In this document: piece after piece, positions 10,356-20,399 of the stretch | How positions within the stretch are numbered: the stretch's first letter is position 1 | Layout: every line of letters begins with the position of its first letter | Assembly (NCBI GenBank): GCA_964406785.1 | Contig: CAYOTE010000001.1 | Coordinates: 1 to 41,594, forward strand | Direction of reading: 5' to 3' | Length of the DNA: 41,594 nt | Origin: an uncultured Clostridia bacterium | Lineage (GTDB): Bacteria > Acidobacteriota > Aminicenantia > UBA2199 | Program-made: the position numbers and the translations under genes | Notes under the pieces: generated by a model | Databases searched by the model: none | Seen by the model: only the letters and a program-made list of their open reading frames with translations | Told to the model about the DNA's origin: nothing

Positions 10356-12514
10356 TGAGTAAAAAACCTGATTTTACAAAGATAAATCTTAATTTAGAAC
10401 AAGATAATAAAGAGCACAATATTAATGATTCAAAATCCATAGATAATTTAGAAAAATGGATGACAATGGAACAAATTGAAGTTAAACCTGTTTATGGCAA
10501 GGAGGATATTAAGTCTTTGGAACATCTCGATTATGTGTCAGGTATCCCTCCTTTTTTAAGAGGTCCCTATGCCACAATGTATGTTCAAAAGCCTTGGACA
10601 ATCAGGCAGTATGCGGGCTTTTCTACAGCTGAGGAGAGTAATGCCTTTTACAAGAGAAATCTTGCGGCAGGTCAGATGGGACTCTCCATTGCCTTTGATC
10701 TTGCAACTCATAGAGGATATGATTCCGATCATGAGAGAGTTATAGGTGATGTTGGTAAGGCGGGTGTTGCCATTGATTCAATAGAGGATATGAAGGTACT
10801 TTTTGACGGCATTCCTTTAGACAAGATGTCCGTATCAATGACAATGAACGGAGCTGTTCTTCCCGTTTTGGCATTTTACATTGTTGCGGCAGAGGAACAG
10901 GGCGTATCGAAAGAATTATTAACCGGTACAATTCAAAATGATATCTTAAAGGAGTATATGGTTAGAAACACATACATATATCCACCAAAGACATCTATGC
11001 AAATTATATCCGATATATTTGAATATACATCTAAGAATATGCCTAAGTTTAACAGTATCAGTATATCGGGTTATCATATGCAAGAGGCAGGTGCAACAGC
11101 GGATTTAGAAATGGCATACACACTTGCGGACGGACTTGAATACATAAGAACAGGAATAAAAGCTGGTATGGATATTGATACCTTTGCCCCGAGATTATCA
11201 TTTTTCTGGGGTCAGGGAATGAATCTTTTTATGGAAGTTGCAAAGATGAGGGCAGCAAGATTAATATGGGCAAAATTAATTAAACAGTTTAACCCCAAGA
11301 ACCCGAAATCTATGTCTCTTCGTACCCATTCACAAACAAGCGGTTGGAGTCTTACCGAGCAAGATCCTTTCAATAATATAGCAAGAACCTGTATGGAGGC
11401 AATGGCAGCAACACTCGGACATACACAATCACTTCACACCAACGCCTTAGATGAGGCAATTGCACTTCCTACTGATTTTTCGGCACGAATAGCAAGAAAC
11501 ACTCAACTGTATCTTCAAAACGAAACAGGCATTACAAAGGTAATAGATCCGTGGGCAGGCTCATATTACGTTGAAACATTAACGGCAGAATTACTTAAAA
11601 AAGCTTGGAGTCATATATTGGAAGTTGAATCTTACGGAGGAATGACAAAGGCTATTGAAGAGGGTATCCCAAAGATGAGAATCGAAGAGGCCTCAGCTCG
11701 TAAACAGGCAAGAATAGACTCCGGTCAAGAGATAATCGTTGGAGTTAATAAGTATAAATTGGAAGAAGAAGACCCGATTGAAATACTCGAAGTTGACAAT
11801 ACAATTGTTAGGGAATCACAGGTAAAAAACTTAAAACAATTAAAAAAAGATAGAAACGGCGAAGAAGTTAAACTTGCCTTAAATAAGATAACGAATTGCG
11901 TAAAAACAGGAGAGGGCAATCTTCTCGAATTGGCTGTGGATGCGGCAAGAAAGAGAGCTACTCTCGGAGAAATATCCACTGCAATCGAGGAAATATGCGG
12001 TAGATATAATGCTATTCCGAAGTCAATATCTGGCGTATATTTTAGAGAATATGGAAATGAAGAGGAAAGTATGGTAAACAAGGTAAGACAAACGACCGAT
12101 GCATTTGCTCAAAAAGAGGGAAGAAGACCAAGAATAATGATTGCAAAGATGGGACAGGATGGTCATGACAGAGGAGCTAAGGTCGTTGCTACGGCATATG
12201 CGGATATGGGCTTTGATGTGGACATGGGACCGTTATTTCAAACACCGGAAGAGACGGCAATGCAGGCTGTTGAAAACGATGTTCATGTTGTGGGAATGAG
12301 TTCTCTTGCGGCAGGTCATAAGACTCTCTTACCCAAACTCACAGAAGAGTTAAAAAAACTTGGCAGAGAAGATATTATCATTATTTGCGGTGGAGTTATC
12401 CCTGCTCAGGATTATGGCTATCTTTATGAGCATGGAGCATCGGCAATATTCGGACCGGGAACAAAAATACCGGAGGCTGCATTAAAGATAATGGAATTAT
12501 TGAATGAAGAGTAA
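10355..12514 (+). CDS. mutB: methylmalonyl-CoA mutase large (alpha) subunit, B12-dependent
   Basis: [47 protein letters not shown]-terminal B12-binding domain with DxHxxG ([10 protein letters not shown]; His codon 12164-12166). Confidence 0.92.
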   Translation: MSKKPDFTKINLNLEQDNKEHNINDSKSIDNLEKWMTMEQIEVKPVYGKEDIKSLEHLDYVSGIPPFLRGPYATMYVQKPWTIRQYAGFSTAEESNAFYKRNLAAGQMGLSIAFDLATHRGYDSDHERVIGDVGKAGVAIDSIEDMKVLFDGIPLDKMSVSMTMNGAVLPVLAFYIVAAEEQGVSKELLTGTIQNDILKEYMVRNTYIYPPKTSMQIISDIFEYTSKNMPKFNSISISGYHMQEAGATADLEMAYTLADGLEYIRTGIKAGMDIDTFAPRLSFFWGQGMNLFMEVAKMRAARLIWAKLIKQFNPKNPKSMSLRTHSQTSGWSLTEQDPFNNIARTCMEAMAATLGHTQSLHTNALDEAIALPTDFSARIARNTQLYLQNETGITKVIDPWAGSYYVETLTAELLKKAWSHILEVESYGGMTKAIEEGIPKMRIEEASARKQARIDSGQEIIVGVNKYKLEEEDPIEILEVDNTIVRESQVKNLKQLKKDRNGEEVKLALNKITNCVKTGEGNLLELAVDAARKRATLGEISTAIEEICGRYNAIPKSISGVYFREYGNEEESMVNKVRQTTDAFAQKEGRRPRIMIAKMGQDGHDRGAKVVATAYADMGFDVDMGPLFQTPEETAMQAVENDVHVVGMSSLAAGHKTLLPKLTEELKKLGREDIIIICGGVIPAQDYGYLYEHGASAIFGPGTKIPEAALKIMELLNEE

Positions 12515-13628
12515 GTCTGTAATCTTTCTTATTTCATTAATAATCTTAGTATGCACATTTTATAATTACGGAATTAACAAACTGAGCATTTACGATAATC
12601 TCAGTTTGAACTTAAACTTTACTGCAAGAGGCTATGCTCTTAACGATCAGAGAATTTACTGGAGTGGTATGGAGTTTTCATTTGGTGCCGAAGCCCTCAT
12701 CTCGGCAAATTTAATTAAAAAAATGAAATGGGGAGAAACCTCTGTTGAGACAGAAATATTCTTAAATCAGCCATTTGGCAAAAACGTTTTAATAGATGAG
12801 GGAAGAAGGCAATTTTACCCGAATTTTAATATAGACACATTTGAATTGTCAAAACTTAATATTCAATTAAAGACAGGAATGTTCAGAATAAAGATGGGTA
12901 AATCCTTATCACCCTTTGGAAGAAGTAGCTTTCCCGTTTACTCCAATAATTTAAAATACGGTTCGCCGTTCATTCGCTCCGAGGCAATTCTATGGAGAGA
13001 AACCGGTGTTTTCATAAACTTTAAAACAGGGCTTTTTTCATTTGATATTGCAGCTGTAAACGGCGAAGAGAACAGAGATACAAATTCAGGAAAGGCAGGC
13101 ATCTTCAGGCTTGGTTTTGAAGGTAAAAATTGGCGAATGGGTGCATCGGTTAAAGAACATGACGGCTATGGCTCAGAGTGGCAGAAATTATATAAGAATC
13201 ATAAGGGCTTTGATTTAATGTTTAAATTTTCAAATATCGAGTTCTCTGCCGAAGCAATTTGGGATGAATACGGATTTCACAGAGCATTTTCTTCTAAGGA
13301 TATATTCTGGCCAAGCAGTATATATTATAGAGAATTATTTAAGGGATATAAAAACCCGATAAAAGGATTTGGCTGGTATTCAAATATTAAATTTGACATA
13401 AAAAAAATTCTTATAAACTTAAACTACGGTGTTTACATACCCGAAACCATAGGCAATATATATCACGATAATACAATAAAGAGATTTATAATAAAGGTAT
13501 CCTTTAATCCGACAAAGGAACTAAGCGTTTTCTTAACCGGAGTTTTAGAAAATACAAAGCCGGAGGAGAGTTGGAGGCAAGGAGCAAAAGGCTTCGCAGG
13601 ACTATTCGGTTTTGCGTTTAAGCTCTAA
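12504..13628 (+). CDS. secreted porin-like / outer-membrane beta-barrel protein of unknown family
   Basis: N-terminal hydrophobic signal ([15 protein letters not shown]), alternating beta-strand pattern and aromatic C-terminus ...FGFAFKL. Overlaps the mutB stop by 11 nt. Confidence 0.45.
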   Translation: MKSKSVIFLISLIILVCTFYNYGINKLSIYDNLSLNLNFTARGYALNDQRIYWSGMEFSFGAEALISANLIKKMKWGETSVETEIFLNQPFGKNVLIDEGRRQFYPNFNIDTFELSKLNIQLKTGMFRIKMGKSLSPFGRSSFPVYSNNLKYGSPFIRSEAILWRETGVFINFKTGLFSFDIAAVNGEENRDTNSGKAGIFRLGFEGKNWRMGASVKEHDGYGSEWQKLYKNHKGFDLMFKFSNIEFSAEAIWDEYGFHRAFSSKDIFWPSSIYYRELFKGYKNPIKGFGWYSNIKFDIKKILINLNYGVYIPETIGNIYHDNTIKRFIIKVSFNPTKELSVFLTGVLENTKPEESWRQGAKGFAGLFGFAFKL

Positions 13629-14139
13629 TCGTTTCTCTTTCGATATTTAACAGAAGTTCCTTACGCCATAAACCTCCGCCGAAGCCGGTTAAAGAACCGT
13701 TTTTCCCGATAACCCTATGACAAGGGATCAGAATAACTATGCTATTCGTACCGTTAGCGTTTGCAACCGCTCTAACAGCCTTAATATTACCGAGCATTTC
13801 AGCCTGTTTTTGATATGATACAGTTTTACCATAAGGTATTTTAAGTAAAATCTTCCAAACTGCTCTTTGAAAATCCGTTCCTTTAATTATATCGAGAGGT
13901 ATATCAAAATTTTTTCTCTTTTTTGCAAAATACTCGTTTAGTTCGTCTTCCAAGATATCTAAATACCCGTTTGGGGTTTCTGGAAAAACAGCATTAAATT
14001 TTTTTTCATTTTTCTTTTTATGTTCAGACAAGAGATTTTTTTTGGAAAATTCGAGAAAAGCAATACCCCTTTTAGTAGCACCGCCGAATAGAAGTCCAAC
14101 GGGAGTAGAATATGTTTTTGTAAAAATCTCATATTTCAT
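13618..14139 (-). CDS. ogt: methylated-DNA--protein-cysteine methyltransferase
   Basis: Active-site IPCHRVIG motif, with upstream TDFQRAVWKILLKIPYGKTVSY. 173 aa. Confidence 0.85.
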   Translation of the reverse strand: MKYEIFTKTYSTPVGLLFGGATKRGIAFLEFSKKNLLSEHKKKNEKKFNAVFPETPNGYLDILEDELNEYFAKKRKNFDIPLDIIKGTDFQRAVWKILLKIPYGKTVSYQKQAEMLGNIKAVRAVANANGTNSIVILIPCHRVIGKNGSLTGFGGGLWRKELLLNIERETIRA

Positions 14140-14228
14140 AAATCATTATAGAATATAGTAAAGCCAAATACAATTCCAAAAAATTTGACAAAAAGCAATA
14201 TTTATAGTAGTATACAAATTCAATGTAA

Positions 14229-14286
<58 letters not shown>

Positions 14287-14302
<16 letters not shown>

Positions 14303-14339
14303 TTTTCATCAAATAATCGTTTCTTGTCAGAATGACTTT
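14287..14339 (+). repeat. direct repeat copy 1 (last 16 nt of tRNA-fMet plus 37 nt of 3' flank)
   Basis: AATCCACTCCCCGCTATTTTCATCAAATAATCGTTTCTTGTCAGAATGACTTT is identical to 14445-14497. Confidence 0.9.
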
Positions 14340-14342
14340 ATA

Positions 14343-14460
14343 TAGCTAAAACCTTTGGGTTATAAATATATTAAAAACAGTGGTTCAGCCGTAGCGGATT
14401 GGATTTTTAATCTGCGGAGACCTGCGAGGTGTTTTCCCGAGCTCAATCCACTCCCCGCTA
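14343..14460 (+). pseudogene. decayed tRNA-fMet-derived copy with a 57-nt insertion in the T-loop
   Basis: TAGCT...TTGGGTTATAAA is a degenerate D/anticodon-arm region. CAGTGGTTCA (14378-14387) equals tRNA 14277-14286. An unrelated, relatively GC-rich 57 nt follows (14388-14444), then AATCCACTCCCCGCTA resumes exactly. Confidence 0.35.
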
Positions 14461-14497
14461 TTTTCATCAAATAATCGTTTCTTGTCAGAATGACTTT
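14445..14497 (+). repeat. direct repeat copy 2 (att-like duplicate of the tRNA 3' end and flank)
   Basis: Perfect 53/53 match to 14287-14339, offset 158 bp. Confidence 0.9.
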
Positions 14498-14608
14498 GCT
14501 ATCTTCTTTTGAGTTAACCATAATGTTTCATTGTGAAAAAATACATCAATATTTATTTTCCCCGTTTCTGTTTGAAAGAGTACAAAATTGGAGAATTTTT
14601 GTAAAGTG

Positions 14609-14734
14609 TTATATGTCATTTTCTACCATCCAGATTTCATCATTGTTTGATTTTTTAGGCTCATTTACAATATTTACCGAACCATTATTTGTTTTTTCTT
14701 CTAAATAGTTGACTGAAAGTTGATTCTGTGTCAT
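14609..14734 (-). CDS. possible small ORF (41 aa), unknown function
   Basis: Below the ORF-track cutoff. GGGAG lies 6 nt before the ATG (minus strand). Product MTQNQLSVNYLEEKTNNGSVNIVNEPKKSNNDEIWMVENDI. It lies downstream of the promoter-like module at 14776-14876. No homology recognised. Confidence 0.2.
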   Translation of the reverse strand: MTQNQLSVNYLEEKTNNGSVNIVNEPKKSNNDEIWMVENDI

Positions 14735-14775
14735 TATTTACTCCCGTTTTGTGGTAGATTTTGCAGGGGGTTGGA

Positions 14776-14876
14776 TTTTTTTCTTTTGGTGGAGAAAAAA
14801 CCATCTGCAATCTCTTATTATATCCTATATTACTGCTTTTTTAAAGACTTTTGACAACTATGATGAAAAATCAAGG
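14776..14876 (-). repeat. ~100-bp intergenic repeat module (inverted copy of 25475-25577)
   Basis: The reverse complement aligns with 25475-25577 at roughly 85-90% identity by eye. This includes a near-identical ~49-nt core: AAAAGTCTTTAAAAA(A/G)GCAGTAATATAGGATATAATAAGAGATTGCAGA. Confidence 0.8.
14817..14845 (-). promoter_or_regulatory. candidate promoter inside the repeat module, firing leftward
   Basis: On the minus strand: TTTAAA (14845-14840), 17 nt, TATAAT (14822-14817). The same arrangement is conserved in the 25506-25534 copy. Confidence 0.25.
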
Positions 14877-14888
14877 TATCTAATTTTT

Positions 14889-14917
14889 TTGACATTTTTT
14901 TGCTATTATTTTATTAT
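14889..14917 (+). promoter_or_regulatory. candidate sigma70-type promoter for the HAL gene
   Basis: TTGACA (14889-14894), exact 17-nt spacer, TATTAT (14912-14917). RBS AAGGAGA at 14939-14945, ATG at 14952. Confidence 0.35.
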
Positions 14918-14951
14918 TAGAAATACTTAATTATTTAAAAGGAGATAATTC

Positions 14952-16478
14952 ATGGCTATAGTATTAAACGGTTCAGGTTTAACAATCGAAAAGGTTGTAA
15001 AGATTGCAAGATTTAATGAAAAAGTTGAGTTAGGGGCAGATGCTTTAAAGAGAATTGAAGTCTGTCGAGCAATGTTAGAAAAAAAAGTTGATGCAAAGGA
15101 AATTATGTACGGCGTTAATACAGGCATTGGCGAATTTTCCGAAGTAGTGCTTGATGATGATCAAATAGAGGATTTTCAAAAATATCTTGTTTATAATCAT
15201 GCGGCAGGCATTGGTGATCCGGCACCCATTGAATACGTCAGGGGAGCAATGGTAGGACGAATTAATGTTCACGCTCACGGTAATTCAGGTTGCAGACCTA
15301 TCATAACTCAAACTCTTGTTGCAATGTTAAACAAGGGGGTAACTCCATATGTGTGTCAAAAAGGCTCGGTTGGAGCTTCCGGCGACTTGGCACCAATGTC
15401 TCAAATTGCACTTCTTTTAATGGGAGAGGGGCAGGCTTATTATAAGGGCGAGTTATTGGATGGAAAGGAGGCAATGGATAGGGCTGAAATTCCCGTACCC
15501 GGCTTAAAGGCACGAGACGGACTTGCTACAATTAACGGCTCTAATGTCTTGACGGCTATGAGTGCTATTTTTCTTTATGATTCGTTTAACTTTTTAAAAC
15601 AGGCTGAAATTGCAGCGGCTATGTCGCTTGAAGCATTAAAGGCTAATATGAAGCCATATACACCACTCTTACATGAGGTTAGAGGATTTAAGGGTGCCAT
15701 TCGCTCCGCAAAGGCAATAGGAAAGCTTGTTGAAGGTGGAGATCTTGTTGACGGTAAGATAAAATGTAAGGTTCAGGACGCATATTCGATGCGGTCAACA
15801 CCGCAGGTAATAGGTGCTGCAATTGATGCTTTGGAGTATGCAAGATCACAGGTCGAGATTGAGCTAAACGGAGTTGGTGATAATCCAATATTTTTCCCTG
15901 ATAAAGGGATTCAAATTTCAGGGGCAAACTTTCAAGGTACTCCGGTTTCTTTACCAATGGATATGGCAGGTGCTGCAATTACAATGGTATGCGTAATGTC
16001 TGAACGAAGAATGAACAGACTTAATCATCCGGCATTAAACGTAGGTCTTCCTGCATTTTTAACAAAGGGTGCAGGTATGTTTTCAGGACTTATGCTCAGT
16101 CAATATACGGCAGATATGCAAATTGTTGAACAGAGAATTCTTTGTATGCCGGCATCTGTACAGTCAATACCTGCGGCAGCCGATCAGGAAGATTTTGTTT
16201 CTATGGGTATGAATACAGCCATAAAGAATTTTCAGATACTTGATAATGCCTATGGGATTTTAGGTATTGAATTAATGGCAGCAGCTCAGGCTCTTGATTT
16301 TAGAGAGTATAGTTTTGGTAAGGGTGTTACAAAGGCAAAAGAGGTAGTAAGAAGACATGTCGAATTTTTAGAAATTGACCGTCCTCTTTATCCTGATCAT
16401 ACAAATATGAAAGCTCTTGTTAGATCTTGTGAAATTTTAGAAGATGTAGAAAAGGAAATAGGCAGTTTAGATTTATAA
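14952..16478 (+). CDS. hutH: histidine ammonia-lyase (MIO-dependent aromatic amino acid lyase family)
   Basis: MIO-forming triad Ala142-Ser143-Gly144 in GSVGASGDLAP (nt 15375-15383). Tyr53 and His83 (LVYNHAAG) fall at the same numbering I recall for Pseudomonas putida HAL. His at the selectivity-switch position favours HAL over TAL or PAL. Confidence 0.8.
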   Translation: MAIVLNGSGLTIEKVVKIARFNEKVELGADALKRIEVCRAMLEKKVDAKEIMYGVNTGIGEFSEVVLDDDQIEDFQKYLVYNHAAGIGDPAPIEYVRGAMVGRINVHAHGNSGCRPIITQTLVAMLNKGVTPYVCQKGSVGASGDLAPMSQIALLLMGEGQAYYKGELLDGKEAMDRAEIPVPGLKARDGLATINGSNVLTAMSAIFLYDSFNFLKQAEIAAAMSLEALKANMKPYTPLLHEVRGFKGAIRSAKAIGKLVEGGDLVDGKIKCKVQDAYSMRSTPQVIGAAIDALEYARSQVEIELNGVGDNPIFFPDKGIQISGANFQGTPVSLPMDMAGAAITMVCVMSERRMNRLNHPALNVGLPAFLTKGAGMFSGLMLSQYTADMQIVEQRILCMPASVQSIPAAADQEDFVSMGMNTAIKNFQILDNAYGILGIELMAAAQALDFREYSFGKGVTKAKEVVRRHVEFLEIDRPLYPDHTNMKALVRSCEILEDVEKEIGSLDL

Positions 16479-16534
16479 TATTTTATAAAATTATCGGCAA
16501 GGAGGCAAATTATTCCGTCTTCTTGTCCTAACTT

Positions 16535-17281
16535 ATGAGTAACAAAAATAATAATATAATCGATACAGAAAAAATAGATATTCTAAACAAGGATAAGTCT
16601 TATAAAATTTTTGACAGTATTTATTTAAAGTATGATATTTTAAACAAGATTCTCTCATTCGGACAGGATATTTTATGGCGAAATAAACTTGTAAAAATCC
16701 CTAAAAAACAAGAGGGACAGCTATTTCTTGATCTTGCAACGGGAACGGGCGATATACTATATGCCTTTTTAAAAAAGCGAGAAGATGTGGCTTATGCGAT
16801 AGGGCTTGATAAGTCAATTAATATGTTAAAAATGGCAAAGAATAAGTCTAAAAAAAAAGCTCAAATACGTCAATCTTCATTTTTAAGAGGTGATGCAAAT
16901 AAAATTCCCATAGAAGACGAAACCTTTGATTTTGCAACTATGGCGTTTGGAATTAGAAATATTACAAATCCCAAAATAGCTCTAAAGGAGATTAAACGGG
17001 TATTGAAAACTGGAGGAAAAGTTCTCATATTAGAGTTTTCATTACCGCAAAACAGTTTTTTTAAGTTTTTTTTTCTATTCTATTTAAGAACTATTGTACC
17101 GCTTATAGGTCGAATTATTTCAGGTGATAAGTATGCCTATAGATATTTGAATGAAACAATAGAGACATTCCCATATGGAGAGTCCTTCTGTAAAATAATG
17201 GAGAAGGCAGGCTTTACTAATATCACATTTAAGCCCCTGACCTTTGGTATTGCGACAATTTATCAGGGAGATAAGCTTTGA
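16535..17281 (+). CDS. menG: demethylmenaquinone / ubiquinone C-methyltransferase
   Basis: SAM motif LDLATGTGD and UbiE-family block FGIRNITNPKIALKEIKRVLKTGGKVLILEFS. Confidence 0.85.
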   Translation: MSNKNNNIIDTEKIDILNKDKSYKIFDSIYLKYDILNKILSFGQDILWRNKLVKIPKKQEGQLFLDLATGTGDILYAFLKKREDVAYAIGLDKSINMLKMAKNKSKKKAQIRQSSFLRGDANKIPIEDETFDFATMAFGIRNITNPKIALKEIKRVLKTGGKVLILEFSLPQNSFFKFFFLFYLRTIVPLIGRIISGDKYAYRYLNETIETFPYGESFCKIMEKAGFTNITFKPLTFGIATIYQGDKL

Positions 17282-18657
17282 CAGAGATAGTTAATATATG
17301 CGATATAAAAACAAGGTTAATAGACGGAGTCACATCTTTGGTAAAAAACACACAAGTATCTAAAAGGATTTTCAGAATAGAATTCGAAATTTCTTCAATA
17401 GAACTCTTAGCTTGGCTTGATAATCAATCCGATAAGACAAAAATATATTTTTCAGGTAAAGATAACGATGATTTTGTCGTTGCAGCTATCGGAATAACAA
17501 ATTTAATCGAAAATAATAACCAAAACACACATAAAAATTCAATAAAAAAAATAATGTCGTTGGTCATTGACTCAAAATTAAAGTACTATGGAGGGATTGC
17601 TTTTCCTGAAAAGAATATTGGTGCTGAATGGAAATCATTCGGTAAGTTAAAATTTATTTTACCTATGTTTGAAATAATAAGGAGCAAGGATAAGACCTAT
17701 TTTGCCTGTAATGTCAGCGTTGACGATAGTTTTAAATTATCGGAATTTATAAAAAAAGCAAATATATTAGTCTTCAATTTAAAAGATAAATTTATGGGCA
17801 AAAACATTTCAAAACCCATAAAAAGAACAATGTATCCCGATTATAATAAGTGGGAAAATACCATAAACGAGATAACAAATGGCATTGATGCAGGAAATTA
17901 TAATAAAATTGTCATGGCAAGAAAATTAATATATGAATTCCAAGACGATATTAATCCTATCGCATTATTAAAAGAATTAAAAAAAAATGTTTCAAATCGA
18001 TATTGTTTTTTATTTCAATTTAAGATTAAAGAGTCTTTTTTGGGGATTTCAATGGAAAGGCTTTATAGGAGAGTTTCAAAAGATATACAAAGTGAGGCAG
18101 TTGCAGGATCAATAGAAAGAGGCAAAAATAATAATTCTGATACGGCATTGTCGAATATACTTTTAAACTCTACAAAGAACAATGATGAACAGGCGTTTGT
18201 TGAAATTTTTGTAAATGATCAATTATCAAGGCTATGCTCCAAATTGCAAGTTTCAAACAGGGAAATATTAACACTAAGAGAGAGTTTTCATATAAAATCC
18301 GAATTTTACGGAGAGATTAAAGAGACAATTACAGATTGGGATATTATTAAGGCTTTACATCCGACTCCTGCTGTCGGCGGAACCCCATGGAGTATAGTTG
18401 CAAATTTAATCTATGAATATGAACAATTCTTTAGAGGATGGTATGCCGGTATAGTCGGGTATATTGGAGAAGATAGTGCTGATTTCTCTGTTGCCTTAAG
18501 GTCGGGACTGCTTTATAATAAGACCTTGTCTCTTTATACCGGAGTTGGTATTGTTAAAGGTTCGCAGCCTGAAAGAGAGTGGGACGAGGGTAATTGGAAG
18601 GTTAAAAATTATGAGGAAATATTTGTAGATGGATATGGAAACTATCCCGAATCTTAA
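17278..18657 (+). CDS. menF: isochorismate synthase
   Basis: Chorismate-binding C-terminal motifs HPTPAVGGTP, GWYAGIVGY and SVALRSG. TTG start overlaps the menG stop. No in-frame ATG near the 5' end. Confidence 0.8.
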   Translation: MTEIVNICDIKTRLIDGVTSLVKNTQVSKRIFRIEFEISSIELLAWLDNQSDKTKIYFSGKDNDDFVVAAIGITNLIENNNQNTHKNSIKKIMSLVIDSKLKYYGGIAFPEKNIGAEWKSFGKLKFILPMFEIIRSKDKTYFACNVSVDDSFKLSEFIKKANILVFNLKDKFMGKNISKPIKRTMYPDYNKWENTINEITNGIDAGNYNKIVMARKLIYEFQDDINPIALLKELKKNVSNRYCFLFQFKIKESFLGISMERLYRRVSKDIQSEAVAGSIERGKNNNSDTALSNILLNSTKNNDEQAFVEIFVNDQLSRLCSKLQVSNREILTLRESFHIKSEFYGEIKETITDWDIIKALHPTPAVGGTPWSIVANLIYEYEQFFRGWYAGIVGYIGEDSADFSVALRSGLLYNKTLSLYTGVGIVKGSQPEREWDEGNWKVKNYEEIFVDGYGNYPES

Positions 18658-20398
18658 TATACTTTGGGCATCTCTAATAATAGAGGAGTTAATCAGAAAT
18701 GATATAAGAGATTTTTTTATCGCTCCGGGTTCAAGATCAGCACCTCTTACAATCGCTGTGGCACAGAATAAAAGAGCAAATAATTATATTCATTTTGATG
18801 AACGTGGTTTGGGATATTTTGCCCTTGGTAAGATTTCTGCGTCAAAAAAACCGGCAGTTTTAATATCAACATCAGGCACGGCAGTTGCAAATTTTTTACC
18901 TGCAATCGTTGAAACGTCTAAGAAAAAACTCCCGTTAATAATTCTTACCGCTGACAGACCACCGGAATTATTGAATACGGGAGCACCTCAAACAATAGCT
19001 CAGAAAGGAATATTCGGGAAATACGTCAGATGGGAATTCGATATGCCTACTCCCAACATAGATATTAAACCGGAAATGGTATTGACAACAATTAATCAGG
19101 CAATTTTTAAGGCAAAAAATCCCGAGCCGGGTCCTGTACATATCAACTGTGCATTTAGAGAGCCGTTATCTCCGCAAAAATTAGCATTTGACAATAAACA
19201 TTATACTGAGTCATTAAATATTTGGGCTGTTGGGAACTTGCCATATACAAAATACTATGCTGAAAAATCAATTTCGAATTTTAATGAGAGCAATAAGAAT
19301 GATATATTGAATATGCTCAATAATAAGAGTGGTATTATAGTTGTAGGAAAATTAAATACAGGCGAGCAAAGGAGAAGTGTAAAACAAATTGCCGAAAAAT
19401 TACAATGGCCAATTTTTGCCGACCTGACATCCGGTATGAGAATTGGAGTAAGAGATGCTGAATGTAAAAACATAATTCATTATTTTGATAAAATATTAGG
19501 CTCCGGTAAATTTGACGATATTAAAATTGATACTATTTTGCATCTTGGCGGTAGAATGACATCAAAAAACTACTACGAGTATATTAAACGTATAAAACCC
19601 ATAAACTATATAACAGTTTTAAATCATTATCTTAGAAACGACCCCTTACACTGTGTAAGTCATAGAATAAAATCGGATGTATTTGATTTTATAAGTTTAT
19701 TATTACCGAATATTCAAGCCGGTAGGGATGAATTTCTGAAAATGTTAAAAATCGCCTCGGATAAGATTGATATATTATTATCAAAGCGGTTGCAAGAAGA
19801 AAATAAAATTAATGAAGTATCGGTAGCAAGAATTGTATCGTCTAATAATATCAAGAATGGCGGACTCTTTTTGTCAAATAGTATGCCAATTAGAGATATG
19901 GACTTTTATGCTGATGCCAAGGGCAGTAAATCAATAATAGGCAGTAATAGGGGAGCAAGCGGTATCGACGGTATTATTGCATCTTCCTGTGGCTTTTCCG
20001 AGGGGATTGATAATACTGTTACGACAATAATCGGAGACCTTGCCTTTTTGCACGATATGAATTCTTTATCTCTTCTCGGGACAATAAAAAATAAGCTTAT
20101 TATAATTATTATTAATAACGGAGGAGGGGGAATATTTTCTTTTTTACCTATCAATAATTATCCTGAAGTATTTGAAAAATATTTTGGAACACCTCATGGA
20201 TTTTCATTTGACAGTATTGCAAAGATGTTTAATCTTGATTATTTCTCTCCAACGACAAATACTGCTTTTAGAGAAACATATAAACAAGCTTTGAATAGTA
20301 AAAATTCTGCGATAATTGAAGTAAAGACGAATAGAGAAGAAAATTTGAAACTTCATAAGACAATAGATATTGATATTAAAAAAGTTTTAGGAGACTGA
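18629..20398 (+). CDS. menD: 2-succinyl-5-enolpyruvyl-6-hydroxy-3-cyclohexene-1-carboxylate (SEPHCHC) synthase
   Basis: N-terminal NLNILWASLIIEEL...APGSRSAPLT. ThDP-binding motif GDLAFLHDMNSL...NNGGGGIFS. Overlaps the menF end by 29 nt. Confidence 0.88.
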   Translation: MDMETIPNLNILWASLIIEELIRNDIRDFFIAPGSRSAPLTIAVAQNKRANNYIHFDERGLGYFALGKISASKKPAVLISTSGTAVANFLPAIVETSKKKLPLIILTADRPPELLNTGAPQTIAQKGIFGKYVRWEFDMPTPNIDIKPEMVLTTINQAIFKAKNPEPGPVHINCAFREPLSPQKLAFDNKHYTESLNIWAVGNLPYTKYYAEKSISNFNESNKNDILNMLNNKSGIIVVGKLNTGEQRRSVKQIAEKLQWPIFADLTSGMRIGVRDAECKNIIHYFDKILGSGKFDDIKIDTILHLGGRMTSKNYYEYIKRIKPINYITVLNHYLRNDPLHCVSHRIKSDVFDFISLLLPNIQAGRDEFLKMLKIASDKIDILLSKRLQEENKINEVSVARIVSSNNIKNGGLFLSNSMPIRDMDFYADAKGSKSIIGSNRGASGIDGIIASSCGFSEGIDNTVTTIIGDLAFLHDMNSLSLLGTIKNKLIIIIINNGGGGIFSFLPINNYPEVFEKYFGTPHGFSFDSIAKMFNLDYFSPTTNTAFRETYKQALNSKNSAIIEVKTNREENLKLHKTIDIDIKKVLGD

Positions 20399-20399
20399 G

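Noticed and set aside
9725-12081. Minus-strand ORFs 9725-10189, 10740-10931 and 11725-12081
   Set aside because: They are antisense to mutA/mutB, which carry unmistakable MCM motifs. They are typical shadow ORFs.
14351-14363. 13-nt inverted match (ACCTTTGGGTTAT) to the tRNA anticodon arm
   Set aside because: It is explained by the palindromic nature of the anticodon stem. The region aligns better as a direct, decayed tRNA copy than as an inverted repeat.
14490-14708. 72-aa plus-strand ORF starting inside the second att-like repeat
   Set aside because: It has no RBS, begins within repeated non-coding sequence, and is antisense to a better-supported small ORF.
14927-15978. Minus-strand ORFs overlapping the HAL gene (14927-15127, 15075-15278, 15301-15513, 15688-15978)
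   Set aside because: They are shadow ORFs opposite a strongly supported CDS.
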